Shown here: positions 31,852-41,326 of the stretch, piece by piece
How the letters are laid out: each line of letters opens with the position of its first letter
How positions within the stretch are numbered: the first letter of the stretch is position 1
From: Candidatus Shapirobacteria bacterium CG03_land_8_20_14_0_80_40_19
GTDB taxonomy: Bacteria; Patescibacteriota; Microgenomatia; UM-FILTER-40-11
Direction: 5' to 3'
Length of the DNA: 53,874 nt
Assembly: GCA_002780305.1 (NCBI GenBank)
Contig: PEVD01000019.1
Coordinates: 1-53,874 of the forward strand
Made by a program: the position numbers and the translations under genes
Notes under the pieces: generated by a model
What the model was told of the DNA's origin: nothing
Database searches by the model: none
The model's input: the letters and a program-made list of their open reading frames with translations, nothing else

Positions 31852-32931
31852 ATGAGTTTGAGTATAGGGATAGTCGGGCTTCCTAACGCTGGTAAATCAA
31901 CGCTTTTTAATGCCTTGCTTTCAAGGCAAATTGCCAATTGCGCGCCGTATCCGTTTTGTACCATCGAACCTAATGTTGGGGTGGTGGAAGTGCCGGACTT
32001 AAGATTAAAAGTTTTGGCAGAGATTGTACATACGGAGAAAATTGTTCCCGCCATTGTTGAGTTTAAAGACATTGCCGGTTTGGTGGCGGGCGCTTCGAAA
32101 GGTGAAGGGTTGGGCAATAAATTTTTGTCGCATATCCGCGAGTCGGCCGCAATTGTTCATGTTTTGCGGGCATTTTCAGACGAGAAAGTCATCAGGGAAG
32201 AAGAGATAAACCCCAGATCGGATTTTGAGATTATTAAAACCGAGCTTTGTTTAGCCGATCTGCAAACCCTGGAAAAACAAAGAGAACCTAATCCTTCCGT
32301 CGCAACCAAGGAAGATAGGGCCCGGTGGGAGCTGGTTTTAAAATTAAGAAGAGCCCTGGAGGAGGGGGTTGAAATAAGAAAAGTTGATTTAAGCGGAGAA
32401 GAAAAACTGTTGGCAAAACCGTTTTTTCTCCTGACCGCCAAACCGGCGATATTTGTTTTAAACGTTGAGGAAAATCAGGCGGGAAGGACGGGTGGGGAGA
32501 TGGCCAATTTTTGGAATTTAAGTGATATGGGGGAAATAATTCCTATTTGTGCTAAGGTAGAAATGGAACTTTCGGATTTATCGGGGCAGGAGAGGATAGA
32601 TTACCAAGGCGAACTTGGTTTACGGGAAAGCGGGTTGGAAAAACTAATAAATAAAGGATATGAAGTTTTAGGGTTGCAGACCTTTCTGACTGCCGGAGAA
32701 AAAGAAGTGCGGGCTTGGACGATTAATAAAGGAGACACGGCGCCAAAGGCCGCCGGAGTAATTCATACCGACTTTGAGAAAGGTTTCATTAAGGCCCAGG
32801 TTTGCTCATACGAAAATTTTGTTTTATATAAGGGATGGAGGGGAGCGGCGGAAGCGGGGAAAGTGAAACTTGAGGGAAAAGAATATCAAATGAGGGAAGG
32901 GGATGTGGTCGAATTTAAGTTTAATATTTGA
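31852..32931 (+). CDS. ychF: ribosome-binding ATPase YchF (Obg-like)
   Basis: GIVGLPNAGKSTLFNALL, FCTIEPN, DIAGLV.GAS.GEGLGN.FL, and the C-terminal TGS-like VVEFKFN. Confidence 0.92.
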   Translation: MSLSIGIVGLPNAGKSTLFNALLSRQIANCAPYPFCTIEPNVGVVEVPDLRLKVLAEIVHTEKIVPAIVEFKDIAGLVAGASKGEGLGNKFLSHIRESAAIVHVLRAFSDEKVIREEEINPRSDFEIIKTELCLADLQTLEKQREPNPSVATKEDRARWELVLKLRRALEEGVEIRKVDLSGEEKLLAKPFFLLTAKPAIFVLNVEENQAGRTGGEMANFWNLSDMGEIIPICAKVEMELSDLSGQERIDYQGELGLRESGLEKLINKGYEVLGLQTFLTAGEKEVRAWTINKGDTAPKAAGVIHTDFEKGFIKAQVCSYENFVLYKGWRGAAEAGKVKLEGKEYQMREGDVVEFKFNI

Positions 32932-32964
32932 CAAGCTTGCGGTCTTATCGGATAATATAAAACG

Positions 32965-33270
32965 ATGAAGAGAAATTATGAACTGGTGGTAATCCTAAAC
33001 TCGGAAATTAAAGCCGAAGAGCAAGAGGAAACAGTTTCCCGGATTAAAAAAATTATCTCATCTGTTAAAGGTGAACTGATCTCAGCCAAGGATTGGGGGA
33101 AAAAGGAATTTACTTACCCGATTAACAAAAAGCCGTCGGGTGTTTACTTTTTGTTTGAATACGAAGCCGAACCCCAAACGGTGACTTTGGTAAAACAAAG
33201 ACTCCAACTTGAAGAAAAAGTTGTCCGTTATTTATTAACTGTAGTTGAAAGGAGGCCCGTCAAATCTTAG
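32965..33270 (+). CDS. rpsF: 30S ribosomal protein S6
   Basis: MKRNYELVVIL...DWGKKEFTYPINK...GVYFLFEYEA, in the rpsF-ssb-rpsR order. Confidence 0.9.
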   Translation: MKRNYELVVILNSEIKAEEQEETVSRIKKIISSVKGELISAKDWGKKEFTYPINKKPSGVYFLFEYEAEPQTVTLVKQRLQLEEKVVRYLLTVVERRPVKS

Positions 33271-33332
33271 CACTCGCCTTTGGGAGCTATTCGTTCACGG
33301 CTCGTGCTGCGATTTATGCCGGGTAAAATAAA

Positions 33333-33890
33333 ATGTCGTCAAGGTCGCTTAATCAGGTTCAACTTATTGGAAATTTAACCCGGGATCCGGATTTGCGGTA
33401 TACCCCCCAAGGGGCGGCGGTCTGTACTTTTGGATTGGCGACTAACCGTTCTTGGACCACCGATTCCGGTGAAAAAAGAGAAGATGCTGAATTTCACCGC
33501 ATTGTTGCTTGGAACAAATTGGCGGAACTTTGCTCACAATTGCTTTTTAAAGGCAGGAAAGTTTATGTTGAAGGGAGATTGCAGACTCGGAACTGGACTG
33601 GCCAGGACGGTGGACAAAGGCAGGTAACGGAAGTGGTCATTGAAGAGATGATTATTCTTGACAGCCGCCAGGCGGCAGTCGAAGTATCCAGCGGGCCGGT
33701 TCCGGCTCCGGTTGCGAAAGAGGAAGTTGTTTCACCGGAAGTTGAGATTGAACTTCCCGTTGAAGAACCGGCCGTTCCGGTTGAAGAAAAGTCGGTCGAA
33801 AAGCCGGCCAAGAAAAAAAAGGAACAACCGGCGGAGAAGCCAGAACCGGAAGATGTTCCGGCGGTTGATAGCAGCGATATTCCTTTTTAA
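33333..33890 (+). CDS. ssb: single-stranded DNA-binding protein
   Basis: LNQVQLIGNLTRDPDLRYTPQG...FHRIVAWNKLAE OB fold, a Pro/Glu-rich linker, and the acidic tip DIPF. Confidence 0.9.
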   Translation: MSSRSLNQVQLIGNLTRDPDLRYTPQGAAVCTFGLATNRSWTTDSGEKREDAEFHRIVAWNKLAELCSQLLFKGRKVYVEGRLQTRNWTGQDGGQRQVTEVVIEEMIILDSRQAAVEVSSGPVPAPVAKEEVVSPEVEIELPVEEPAVPVEEKSVEKPAKKKKEQPAEKPEPEDVPAVDSSDIPF

Positions 33891-33893
33891 AAA

Positions 33894-34142
33894 ATGTTAA
33901 AAAAAAGAAAAAAAAGACTTATAAGAAGGCCGAAAACACCGGAGAGGTGTTATTTTTGCGAGACGAAATCGGCCTTGGATTATAAACAGCCGGAAATTCT
34001 GCGCAAATTTATTACCGAGCGGGGCAAGATTTCCAGCCGTGAGTATTCCGGAATTTGTTCGAAGCATCAGCGTAGATTGACCAAAGAAATTAAAAAGGCC
34101 AGATTTTTATCACTTCTTCCTTTTGTCAACCAAATAAGCTAA
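33894..34142 (+). CDS. rpsR: 30S ribosomal protein S18
   Basis: CYFCE....LDYK....LRKFITERGKI..R..SG.C.KHQR.L...IK.AR.L.LLP. Confidence 0.9.
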   Translation: MLKKRKKRLIRRPKTPERCYFCETKSALDYKQPEILRKFITERGKISSREYSGICSKHQRRLTKEIKKARFLSLLPFVNQIS

Positions 34143-34165
34143 GATTAAAAGGTCTTGTTGCTTGT

Positions 34166-35458
34166 ATGAAAATCATACTTAAACAAATAAGGAAAACGGT
34201 TGTTTTTCTTTTTTTTATAGTTCTTTCAGGAGGAGTTGGTTATTCTTTGGGCCAAAAAAAGATCTCCTTTTCCCTAAATCAAAGCCGCAATTTTCCCCAA
34301 GTCACGATCGAAAGAGTTTTGCCGACGGATAAACAAGGAAAAGTTGATTTTTCTTTATTTTGGCAGGTTTGGGATAAGCTGGAAGAAAAACATTTAAACC
34401 GCAAGGATTTTAACTATGAAAAAATGGTTTACGGGGCAATTTCCGGATTAACTTCTTCATTGGACGACCCTTATACGTTTTTTTTACCCCCGGTGGAAAA
34501 CAAAGAGACAAAAGATGACCTGAGGGGTGATTTTGAGGGTGTGGGGATTCAGATTGGCTATAATAAAGATAAACAACTGGCGGTGATTGCCCCTCTTTCC
34601 GGAACTCCCGCTGAATCGGCGGGCCTTAAACCAGGCGATGTAATTACCAAAATTATTGATCAGTCTAACAATGTTGACAAAGAAACCTTTGATATCACAC
34701 TTCCGGAAGCGGTTCGGTTAATCAGAGGAAAAAAAGGATCAGAAGTAACCTTGTCGATTTTCCGTGAGGGGAAAGACAAAGTTTTTGACGTGACCTTGAA
34801 AAGAGACACGATTGTAGTAAAAAGTGTCGAGGTCAGTTTTGTGGAGAACATAAATAAAAGGGTGGCGGTTTTAAAACTTTCAAGATTTGGGGAGAGGACC
34901 GATGAAGAATGGGAGCAGGCGGTGGCAGAGATCAAAGATCAAAGATCAAACCTGCCTGCCGGCAAGGCAGGGATCAAAAACTATGGAGGAATTGTTTTGG
35001 ATCTGAGAAATAATCCGGGCGGTTTTTTACAGGGATCGGTTTTTATCTGCAGCGAATTTCTTGGTTCAGGGGTAATTGTTCAACAGGACAGCGGTGTTAA
35101 CGGGAAAGAGATTTATCAGGTTGACCGGAGGGGTTCTTTACTGACCGATCCGCTGGTGGTTTTGATAAACGGTGGATCAGCCTCTGCCTCAGAAATAGTT
35201 GCCGGGGCTTTACAAGATGCCAAAAGAGCAAAAATTGTCGGGGAAAAATCTTTCGGCAAGGGAACGGTCCAGGAAGCGGAAGATTTGACCAATGGAGCGG
35301 GGTTGCATATCACTGTTTCCCGCTGGCTGCTACCGTCAGGCCGATCGATTGATAAGGAGGGAATTACTCCCGACATAGAAATAAAAGTTCCGGAAGAAGA
35401 AACGGACGATACTAAAGATTTGCAACTGGAGAAAGCGATTGAAATTTTGACAAAATAA
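34166..35458 (+). CDS. S41-family carboxyl-terminal processing protease
   Basis: N-terminal anchor, PDZ (GTPAESAGLKPGDVITKI), LDLRNNPGG, catalytic GGSASASEI, and SFGKGTVQ. Confidence 0.88.
   Translation: MKIILKQIRKTVVFLFFIVLSGGVGYSLGQKKISFSLNQSRNFPQVTIERVLPTDKQGKVDFSLFWQVWDKLEEKHLNRKDFNYEKMVYGAISGLTSSLDDPYTFFLPPVENKETKDDLRGDFEGVGIQIGYNKDKQLAVIAPLSGTPAESAGLKPGDVITKIIDQSNNVDKETFDITLPEAVRLIRGKKGSEVTLSIFREGKDKVFDVTLKRDTIVVKSVEVSFVENINKRVAVLKLSRFGERTDEEWEQAVAEIKDQRSNLPAGKAGIKNYGGIVLDLRNNPGGFLQGSVFICSEFLGSGVIVQQDSGVNGKEIYQVDRRGSLLTDPLVVLINGGSASASEIVAGALQDAKRAKIVGEKSFGKGTVQEAEDLTNGAGLHITVSRWLLPSGRSIDKEGITPDIEIKVPEEETDDTKDLQLEKAIEILTK
34930..34986. repeat. in-frame palindromic repeat, family 2, S41 protease copy
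   Basis: GATCAAAGATCAAAGATCAAACCTGCCTGCCGGCAAGGCAGGGATCAAAAACTATGG translates as KDQRSNLPAGKAGIKNYG, immediately before GIVLDLRNNPGG. Confidence 0.65.
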
Positions 35459-35539
35459 AAAAGCGATTGTTCCGTTCCGAAGCTTGAAAAGCTAAGGAGG
35501 GTTAAGCTTTTTCTCAGAATATTTGACAAAAATATTTAT

Positions 35540-36715
35540 ATGAAAACTTTGAAAAAAATTATTTTTGGTTTTTTAGTTGTCACTTTGGTTTTATGGGGAA
35601 CTGTCGGAGTTTTAGCCCGTAAAAGTTGGCCCAAAATAAGGTCTTTGGTGAATGATTTAAGGTCTTCCTCCAGTGGTCTTTCCGACGATTCAGTTGTTCA
35701 GCGAAAAATTTTAAATGAAGAGTCGGTGGTTATTGAAGTGGTGGAAAAATACGGGCCTTCGGTGGTGACGATCGGTATAAAGAAAACCGAAAAAGTTTAT
35801 GATCCTTTTGAAAATTTTTATGATCCTTTCGGATTTTTTAATATTCCGAGGGACACTCTTCCCAAAGAGCAAAAGATTGAGCAGGATATCGGGTCCGGTT
35901 TTGTTGTTTCTAAAGATGGGTTGATTGTCACCAATAAACACGTCGTTTCCGATACCTCCGCTCAGTACCGGGTGTTCACTAAGGAGAATAAACTGTACGA
36001 AGTTGAGAAAATTTACCGCGACCCGACCATCGATCTGGCAATTTTAAAGATTAATGCTCCGGATGAGGAACTCAAATCGATTGAACTGGGGGATTCCGAT
36101 CAACTAAGAGTTGGCCAGTTTGTGATTGCTATCGGAGCGGCTTTGGGGGAATTCCGCAATACCGTGACCACCGGGGTTGTTTCCGGTCTTGGTCGGACGA
36201 TAACCGCGGGTAGCCCTTTTGAGGGGACCGAAAATCTTGACAATGTAATTCAAACTGATGCGGCGATCAACCCGGGCAATTCAGGCGGCCCGCTTTTAAA
36301 TTCTTTGGGACAAGTAATCGGTGTCAATGTCGCGGTTGCCTCCGGGGCGCAAAATATCGGTTTTGCCCTGCCGATTAATTTAGCTAAGCAAATGCTGGAA
36401 AACTTTAACAAGACCGGCCAGTTTTCCCGGCCCTTTTTGGGAATCAGATACCGCGATATTGATAAAAAAGAGGCGATCGCCAAAGGTTGGGTGGAGGGAG
36501 CGGGCGTAATAGAAGTAATTGAAAACTCGCCGGCTGAAAAGGCAGGGGTAAAACCGGGAGACATCATTACCAAAATTGACAGTGAGAAAATCGGCGTTGA
36601 TAATACTTTAACGAAAGTCGTTTCCGCCAAAAAAGTCGGCCAGGAAATTAAACTGACTGTTTGGCGGGAAGACAAAGAAGAAACAATTACCGTTTCTTTA
36701 GAGGAAGCGAAGTAA
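35540..36715 (+). CDS. HtrA/DegP-family serine protease with one PDZ domain
   Basis: N-terminal anchor, a trypsin-like His/Asp/Ser triad with GNSGGPL, and a C-terminal PDZ (SPAEKAGVKPGDIITKI). Confidence 0.88.
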   Translation: MKTLKKIIFGFLVVTLVLWGTVGVLARKSWPKIRSLVNDLRSSSSGLSDDSVVQRKILNEESVVIEVVEKYGPSVVTIGIKKTEKVYDPFENFYDPFGFFNIPRDTLPKEQKIEQDIGSGFVVSKDGLIVTNKHVVSDTSAQYRVFTKENKLYEVEKIYRDPTIDLAILKINAPDEELKSIELGDSDQLRVGQFVIAIGAALGEFRNTVTTGVVSGLGRTITAGSPFEGTENLDNVIQTDAAINPGNSGGPLLNSLGQVIGVNVAVASGAQNIGFALPINLAKQMLENFNKTGQFSRPFLGIRYRDIDKKEAIAKGWVEGAGVIEVIENSPAEKAGVKPGDIITKIDSEKIGVDNTLTKVVSAKKVGQEIKLTVWREDKEETITVSLEEAK

Positions 36716-36753
36716 ATCAATATAACAATGCGGCCGAATTGTAGTTATGTTAA

Positions 36754-37449
36754 TTAGGAATATTTTTGGAGCGATTCGATAAGTTTGTCGATTTTGCCTT
36801 CGAGGATGTCTTCGATATGGTGAAATGAATTGTTAATTCGGTGATCAGTGACGCGGTCTTGGGAAAAATTGTAAGTCCGGATTTTTTCGTTCCGCATCGC
36901 CCGGCCGATTACTGTCCGCTGATCGCTCACGGCTGACAACTTTCTTTCTTCTTCAATTTCCCAAAGTTTTGATCTTAAAAGCGAAAGGGCATTGGCCCGG
37001 TTTTGTTCCTGGAATCTTTCCGATTGAGCGCAAGCAACAATTCCGGTTGGTTTGTGGCGCAATCTTACTGCAGTGGAAACTTTCTGCACATTTTGTCCAC
37101 CATGCGAAGAAGCATGGTAAAATTCCCACTCCAAATCATTGGTATTAACCTGGATCTGATTTTCGGGAATTTCCGCCAGCACGGCAACCGAGGCGGTTGA
37201 AGTGTGGATCCGGCCCCTTTTTTCGGTGACCGGAATCCTTTGTACCCGATGAACACCGGCTTCGTTTTTTAAAGCCGGATAAACATTCTCGCCGGAAATT
37301 TTGATAACGGCATCATCAATAAAAGTTACTTTCCAACCTTTTAAAGAAGCGTATTTGCAATACATCCGAAGAAGATCATTAACCCAAATTTTGGCCTCAT
37401 CGCCACCCGGACCGGGTCTAATTTCCAGAGTTATAACGTTGGGGTTCAT
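36754..37449 (-). CDS. prfA: class I peptide chain release factor, RF1-type (PVT), lacking the N-terminal domain 1
   Basis: Starts at the equivalent of ...LEIRPGPGGDEA. Has a PVT tripeptide (RIPVTEKRGRIHTS) and GGQ (SSHGGQNVQK). Only 231 aa, and the ATG lies 5 nt after the rpmE stop. Confidence 0.8.
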   Translation of the reverse strand: MNPNVITLEIRPGPGGDEAKIWVNDLLRMYCKYASLKGWKVTFIDDAVIKISGENVYPALKNEAGVHRVQRIPVTEKRGRIHTSTASVAVLAEIPENQIQVNTNDLEWEFYHASSHGGQNVQKVSTAVRLRHKPTGIVACAQSERFQEQNRANALSLLRSKLWEIEEERKLSAVSDQRTVIGRAMRNEKIRTYNFSQDRVTDHRINNSFHHIEDILEGKIDKLIESLQKYS

Positions 37450-37454
37450 AAGGA

Positions 37455-37766
37455 TTACTTTTGGGTAAGCATCTCTTTTAACGTCTTCGGTTGCCTATCC
37501 TCTGAAGTTTTCCCAATTCTTTTAAGAATTTTTTTCTTTCTTTTGTTGACAATCGGCATGCTCGAAGCGGAAGCCTGTTTTTTCTGGAATTTTTCTACTC
37601 TTCCCAAACTGTCAATAAATTTTTGCTGGCCGGTAAAGAAAGGGTGACAGGCCGAGCAAATCTCAACTCTGATTTCTTCTTGTGTTGATCCGGTGACAAA
37701 ACTGTTGCCGCAGGAACAAATTACTTTGGCGTTCTCGTGCCATACCGGGTGAATATCTTGTTTCAT
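37455..37766 (-). CDS. rpmE: 50S ribosomal protein L31 (Cys-containing type) with a basic C-terminal extension
   Basis: MKQDIHP...CSCGNSF...[13 protein letters not shown], plus a Lys-rich tail of about 35 aa. Confidence 0.9.
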   Translation of the reverse strand: MKQDIHPVWHENAKVICSCGNSFVTGSTQEEIRVEICSACHPFFTGQQKFIDSLGRVEKFQKKQASASSMPIVNKRKKKILKRIGKTSEDRQPKTLKEMLTQK

Positions 37767-37772
37767 AAGGGG

Positions 37773-37778
37773 ATTATA
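37773..37778 (-). promoter_or_regulatory. -10 box (TATAAT) 6 nt upstream of the rpmE ATG
   Basis: Minus strand reads TAGTATAAT-CCCCTT-ATG, directly after the stop of the upstream EamA gene. Confidence 0.45.
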
Positions 37779-38681
37779 CTATAAACCAGCTTCCTGCTTC
37801 AAGGCTTGGTTTTTGGACCTGGTTTCACAAACGATCAAGCCAAAAATAATTAAAACCGCCCCGATAATCAAAAAAGGAGTTAATTTTTCTTTTAATAGAA
37901 GTATTGAAATCGGAATTGCAAAAACCGGCTGCAGGTAGGTGAAAACGCTTGCCTCTGAAGCTTCCATCTTGGATAAACCAAAAACGTAAAAAAAATAAGC
38001 AAACACCGAGCTGAACAAGGCCATATAAATTATTCCGGGGATGGCCAGGGGATTGATGGTTGTTTTTTCCAAAGCGAAAAAAGGGAAAATAAAAATTATT
38101 CCGATTAAATAAGAAAAACAGGTTAAAAGAAAAGGGTCGATTTTTTGGTGTTTTTTGGTAAGTAGGGTAAAAACAACCCAGGCCAAAGTGCCAAGAAAAA
38201 TCAAAAAATTTCCTTCTAAATTCAAGTTAGCTGATGGTTTGGTTTCCAGGAGGGGTTGAACAATGGTTAAAACTGTTCCCGACAGAGCCAAAAAGATGCC
38301 GGTTTTTTCTTTCTTGGTGATTTGCTCCTTTAAAAAAACCGCTCCGCCTAGAATAATTAAAATAGGGGAGACAATAGATATCATTGAGGCGCTGATCGCG
38401 GTTGTTTTTTGGATACCCAAAAAAAGTAGGCCTAAATTAAGCGGGGCGCAGAGAAAGCCAAGAAATAAGTATATCGGTAAATCAGACAAATCCGGCTTAA
38501 TTTTTTTAAGTCTCAACATAAAGGGAATAAACACCATAATCGTGGCGGCAAGGAAACGATAAAACAAAAAAGAAAAAGGAGAAATAAACCTGAGAGTGTA
38601 TTTAATAACCGGAGGAGCGATTCCCCAGATTATTGAGGTGGCCAATAAGGCCAGACAGGCATATTTTCTTTCCCTGCTCAT
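37779..38681 (-). CDS. EamA/DMT-family transporter
   Basis: 300 aa with about 10 TM helices arranged as two EamA-like repeats. Its start overlaps the hisS stop. Confidence 0.8.
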   Translation of the reverse strand: MSRERKYACLALLATSIIWGIAPPVIKYTLRFISPFSFLFYRFLAATIMVFIPFMLRLKKIKPDLSDLPIYLFLGFLCAPLNLGLLFLGIQKTTAISASMISIVSPILIILGGAVFLKEQITKKEKTGIFLALSGTVLTIVQPLLETKPSANLNLEGNFLIFLGTLAWVVFTLLTKKHQKIDPFLLTCFSYLIGIIFIFPFFALEKTTINPLAIPGIIYMALFSSVFAYFFYVFGLSKMEASEASVFTYLQPVFAIPISILLLKEKLTPFLIIGAVLIIFGLIVCETRSKNQALKQEAGL

Positions 38682-39955
38682 GAAGTTTGCTTAATTTTTT
38701 TGACCAGATCGGCTTGGAGGATAGTTATTTGTTCCCGAGTTCTTAGATTTTTAAGAACCACCAAGGTTTGTTCCGCTTCGACCGGGCCGATTATAATGAC
38801 GTAAGGAATTCCCTTTTTATCGGCGTATTTAAGCTGTTTATCAATTTTAGCGGTTGGGTCAAGAAAAGTTTCCGCGTTGATGTTTTCTTCACGCAAAACA
38901 TTCGCAATTTTAAGCGATTTATCGTAAAGTTCGGGCGAAAAAACCGTTACTAAAACTTGAGTTTTGTTTATTAAAAGAGTGGGGTATTTATTGTTAGCCT
39001 TTAAAACCCCGGCGATAACCATATCGCCCATGGCAAAGCCAACTCCGGGGATTTTTTGTTTGCCCCCGACATCGGCGACCAAATTATCATACCTGCCACC
39101 TCCCCAAATGGCTCTAAATTCCCCTTTAACATCCCAACCTTCAAATACAGTGCGGGTATAATATTCCAAACCCCGGACAATTCCCGGATCATACTCCACG
39201 TATTCGGAAACACCATATTTTTTCAACAGGTCAAAAATTTTCACTAACCAGGGAGAATCAAGATAGGCGTTTTTTTCTTCCAGTATTTGTAAAATTGCTT
39301 TGGTTTGGTCTTCGGAAAGTCCGTTTTCTTGACCCATTTCAATAAAATCCTCTCTGGTTACTTTGTCTTTTTTATCAGCCAGTCTGAAAACCCTGACCAG
39401 ATTTTCTTCGGGAATTTCGAGGGCCAAAAATCTTTCTTGCAGCACTTTTCGGTCGTTGATTTTAATTTTTACTTCAGTGGGAGTTAAACCGAGTTTTTGA
39501 TAAAGAGTAGCCGCCACCGCAATCACTTCGGCATCCGCCTCCAGATTTTCCGGGCCTAAAATATCGACATCCCATTGAAAAAATTCTCTGGCTCTGCCTT
39601 TCTGGGGTTTTTCGTAGCGGAATCTTCTCCCAAAAGTGAACCATTTAACCGGAAAAGTTAACTCTCTTGCTTTTTGGGCAACCATGCGGGCCAGTGTTGG
39701 CGTCATTTCCGGTCGCAGGGTAAGAGCGTTGCCGGATCGGTCGGCTAAAGTGAAAGCTTGCTTTTTGACCAGTTCCTCGCCGGATTTGGCGGCGTAAAGG
39801 TCCAAACTCTCAATTATGGGGCCTTCGTATTCCTGGAATCCGAAAAGCTCGGCCACTTCCTTAAATTTTGAATACAGCCAATTTTGGAAAGCCTGATCCT
39901 GTGGATAAAAATCCCGCGTGCCTTTAACGGGTTGAATTAAATTTGAGCTTGACAT
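38678..39955 (-). CDS. hisS: histidine--tRNA ligase
   Basis: Class II motifs (GTRDF, LRPEMTP, FRYE.PQ.GR.REF.Q, GGGRYD) and a C-terminal anticodon-binding domain. Confidence 0.92.
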   Translation of the reverse strand: MSSSNLIQPVKGTRDFYPQDQAFQNWLYSKFKEVAELFGFQEYEGPIIESLDLYAAKSGEELVKKQAFTLADRSGNALTLRPEMTPTLARMVAQKARELTFPVKWFTFGRRFRYEKPQKGRAREFFQWDVDILGPENLEADAEVIAVAATLYQKLGLTPTEVKIKINDRKVLQERFLALEIPEENLVRVFRLADKKDKVTREDFIEMGQENGLSEDQTKAILQILEEKNAYLDSPWLVKIFDLLKKYGVSEYVEYDPGIVRGLEYYTRTVFEGWDVKGEFRAIWGGGRYDNLVADVGGKQKIPGVGFAMGDMVIAGVLKANNKYPTLLINKTQVLVTVFSPELYDKSLKIANVLREENINAETFLDPTAKIDKQLKYADKKGIPYVIIIGPVEAEQTLVVLKNLRTREQITILQADLVKKIKQTS

Positions 39956-40136
39956 TTTTATTTCTTTATGATATATTCAAAACAGAATAAACTTTCCCTC
40001 GAGCAGTCGAGGGAATTTTTTTATAGTTATTTTCTCTCTAAAACCTCTCTTAATTTCTTAAGATTTATATACTTGTCACAATTTTTAATTAGTTCGATAT
40101 ATCGAATATTACCATTTTTTAACAAAATTTGGAAAG

Positions 40137-40832
40137 TTAGGGAAGCAGGAAGACTGTTTTGGCCAGGGGGATTTTACCCTCCGCCGTTTCCGGGTAAACA
40201 ATTATCATTTTTTGCCCTACTTTAAAATCGCTGAATTTTAGAACAACTTTTTGGTCTTTTTGGTTGACCAAGTAAGAAGTCTTGTCAATTTTTACCTGAA
40301 AAGTTTGAAAAGAAAGGGTGAAAGTCTTGCTGTTGGCTTCGGTAATCGTGCCGTAAAAGATTAGTTTTTTGGCTGGAATTGTTTTCGGCGGGGCGATAAC
40401 GGTGATTCTTTGAGCCTCGAGAGTTTCGTTTGCATCCGGTTCGCCCAGAGCGATGATTTTATCGTCTAAGGCCAAATCTTTCGTTAAGATTTCTTTTTTG
40501 TTTGTTCCGACAATAACGGTATCATCAATAATCCTGACCCTTTGTTTACCGCGGAAATTGGTCAACGTTAGGGTTGAATCGGTAATTTCCAAAATATTTC
40601 CGACATAAGCCTTTTTCTCAATTTTTTCTTTTATTTCCGTCAGCTGGTCTTTGATCGCCTGTCTTATTTCTAAGACTTTTTCTTCTTCCGGTCCGGTTGG
40701 CCCGCCCTGAATCGCCGAAGGCGAGGCAGGAGCGATAGTCGCCGAAGGGGAAGCGGTTGGAGTGGCCGCCATAACAGGGGAATAAAAAATAAAAAATAAA
40801 AGATAAAAAATTATAATTCGAGTTTTGTTCAT
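40137..40832 (-). CDS. secreted hypothetical protein
   Basis: Signal peptide (LLFFIFYSPVMA) and an Ala/Pro/Ser linker, followed by beta-rich repeats. Overlaps the upstream gene, so it looks operonic. Confidence 0.5.
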   Translation of the reverse strand: MNKTRIIIFYLLFFIFYSPVMAATPTASPSATIAPASPSAIQGGPTGPEEEKVLEIRQAIKDQLTEIKEKIEKKAYVGNILEITDSTLTLTNFRGKQRVRIIDDTVIVGTNKKEILTKDLALDDKIIALGEPDANETLEAQRITVIAPPKTIPAKKLIFYGTITEANSKTFTLSFQTFQVKIDKTSYLVNQKDQKVVLKFSDFKVGQKMIIVYPETAEGKIPLAKTVFLLP

Positions 40833-41260
40833 ATTTCGGCGGTACTATAAACAACAGTCAGGGTTTTGCTGATTTGAGTTCCGTCCGGCTCAATAGCGGT
40901 GATAATAATTTCGTTTTCGCCGGAAACCAGAAGCAAATCGGTTTGGAAGTTTCCTTTTTCATCTGACTGAACCACCTTTTCCCCTTTTTCGCCCATAATC
41001 AAAATCCAAGAAAGGGGAGAATTGGAGCCGACGATAGTCGTTTTTCCGTCTTGAGAAATTGATTGGTCTATCGGAGAAATGATTTTTAAAGATTTTTCAA
41101 AGGCAGGACTGGTTTGGGTTAAAATCTCATTATTATTGGCAAGCGGACTGAGTATCTCGTTGCCCGCGTTTCTTCCTAATTGTGATTTATAAATAAAGAA
41201 GGTTAAGACCAAGCCGATGACAAATCCGATAGTAATAGCCAAGATAACTTCTTTTTTCAT
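40829..41260 (-). CDS. membrane-anchored hypothetical protein (Ig-like C-terminal region possible)
   Basis: N-terminal TM helix. The C-terminal region (KGNFQTDLLLVSGENEIIITA) is reminiscent of bacterial Ig-like folds. Confidence 0.45.
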   Translation of the reverse strand: MKKEVILAITIGFVIGLVLTFFIYKSQLGRNAGNEILSPLANNNEILTQTSPAFEKSLKIISPIDQSISQDGKTTIVGSNSPLSWILIMGEKGEKVVQSDEKGNFQTDLLLVSGENEIIITAIEPDGTQISKTLTVVYSTAEI

Positions 41261-41290
41261 GCTGGCCTATGATATTTTAAAGAATTGTTA

Positions 41291-41320
41291 TTGTCAAGAA
41301 TAACCAATCAATGGTAAAAT
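41291..41320 (+). promoter_or_regulatory. promoter: TTGTCA, 18 nt, then TGgTAAAAT, 6 nt upstream of the MBL hydrolase ATG
   Basis: -35 TTGTCA at 41291-41296. Extended -10 at 41312-41320, then CAATTT-ATG. Confidence 0.5.
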
Positions 41321-41326
41321 CAATTT

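Noticed and set aside
39968-40225. 85-aa ORF between hisS and the secreted-protein gene.
   Set aside because: Its product is low-complexity (F/L/S/Y-rich), and it overlaps the 3' end of the better-supported minus-strand gene 40137..40832. It is most likely non-coding promoter or terminator DNA.
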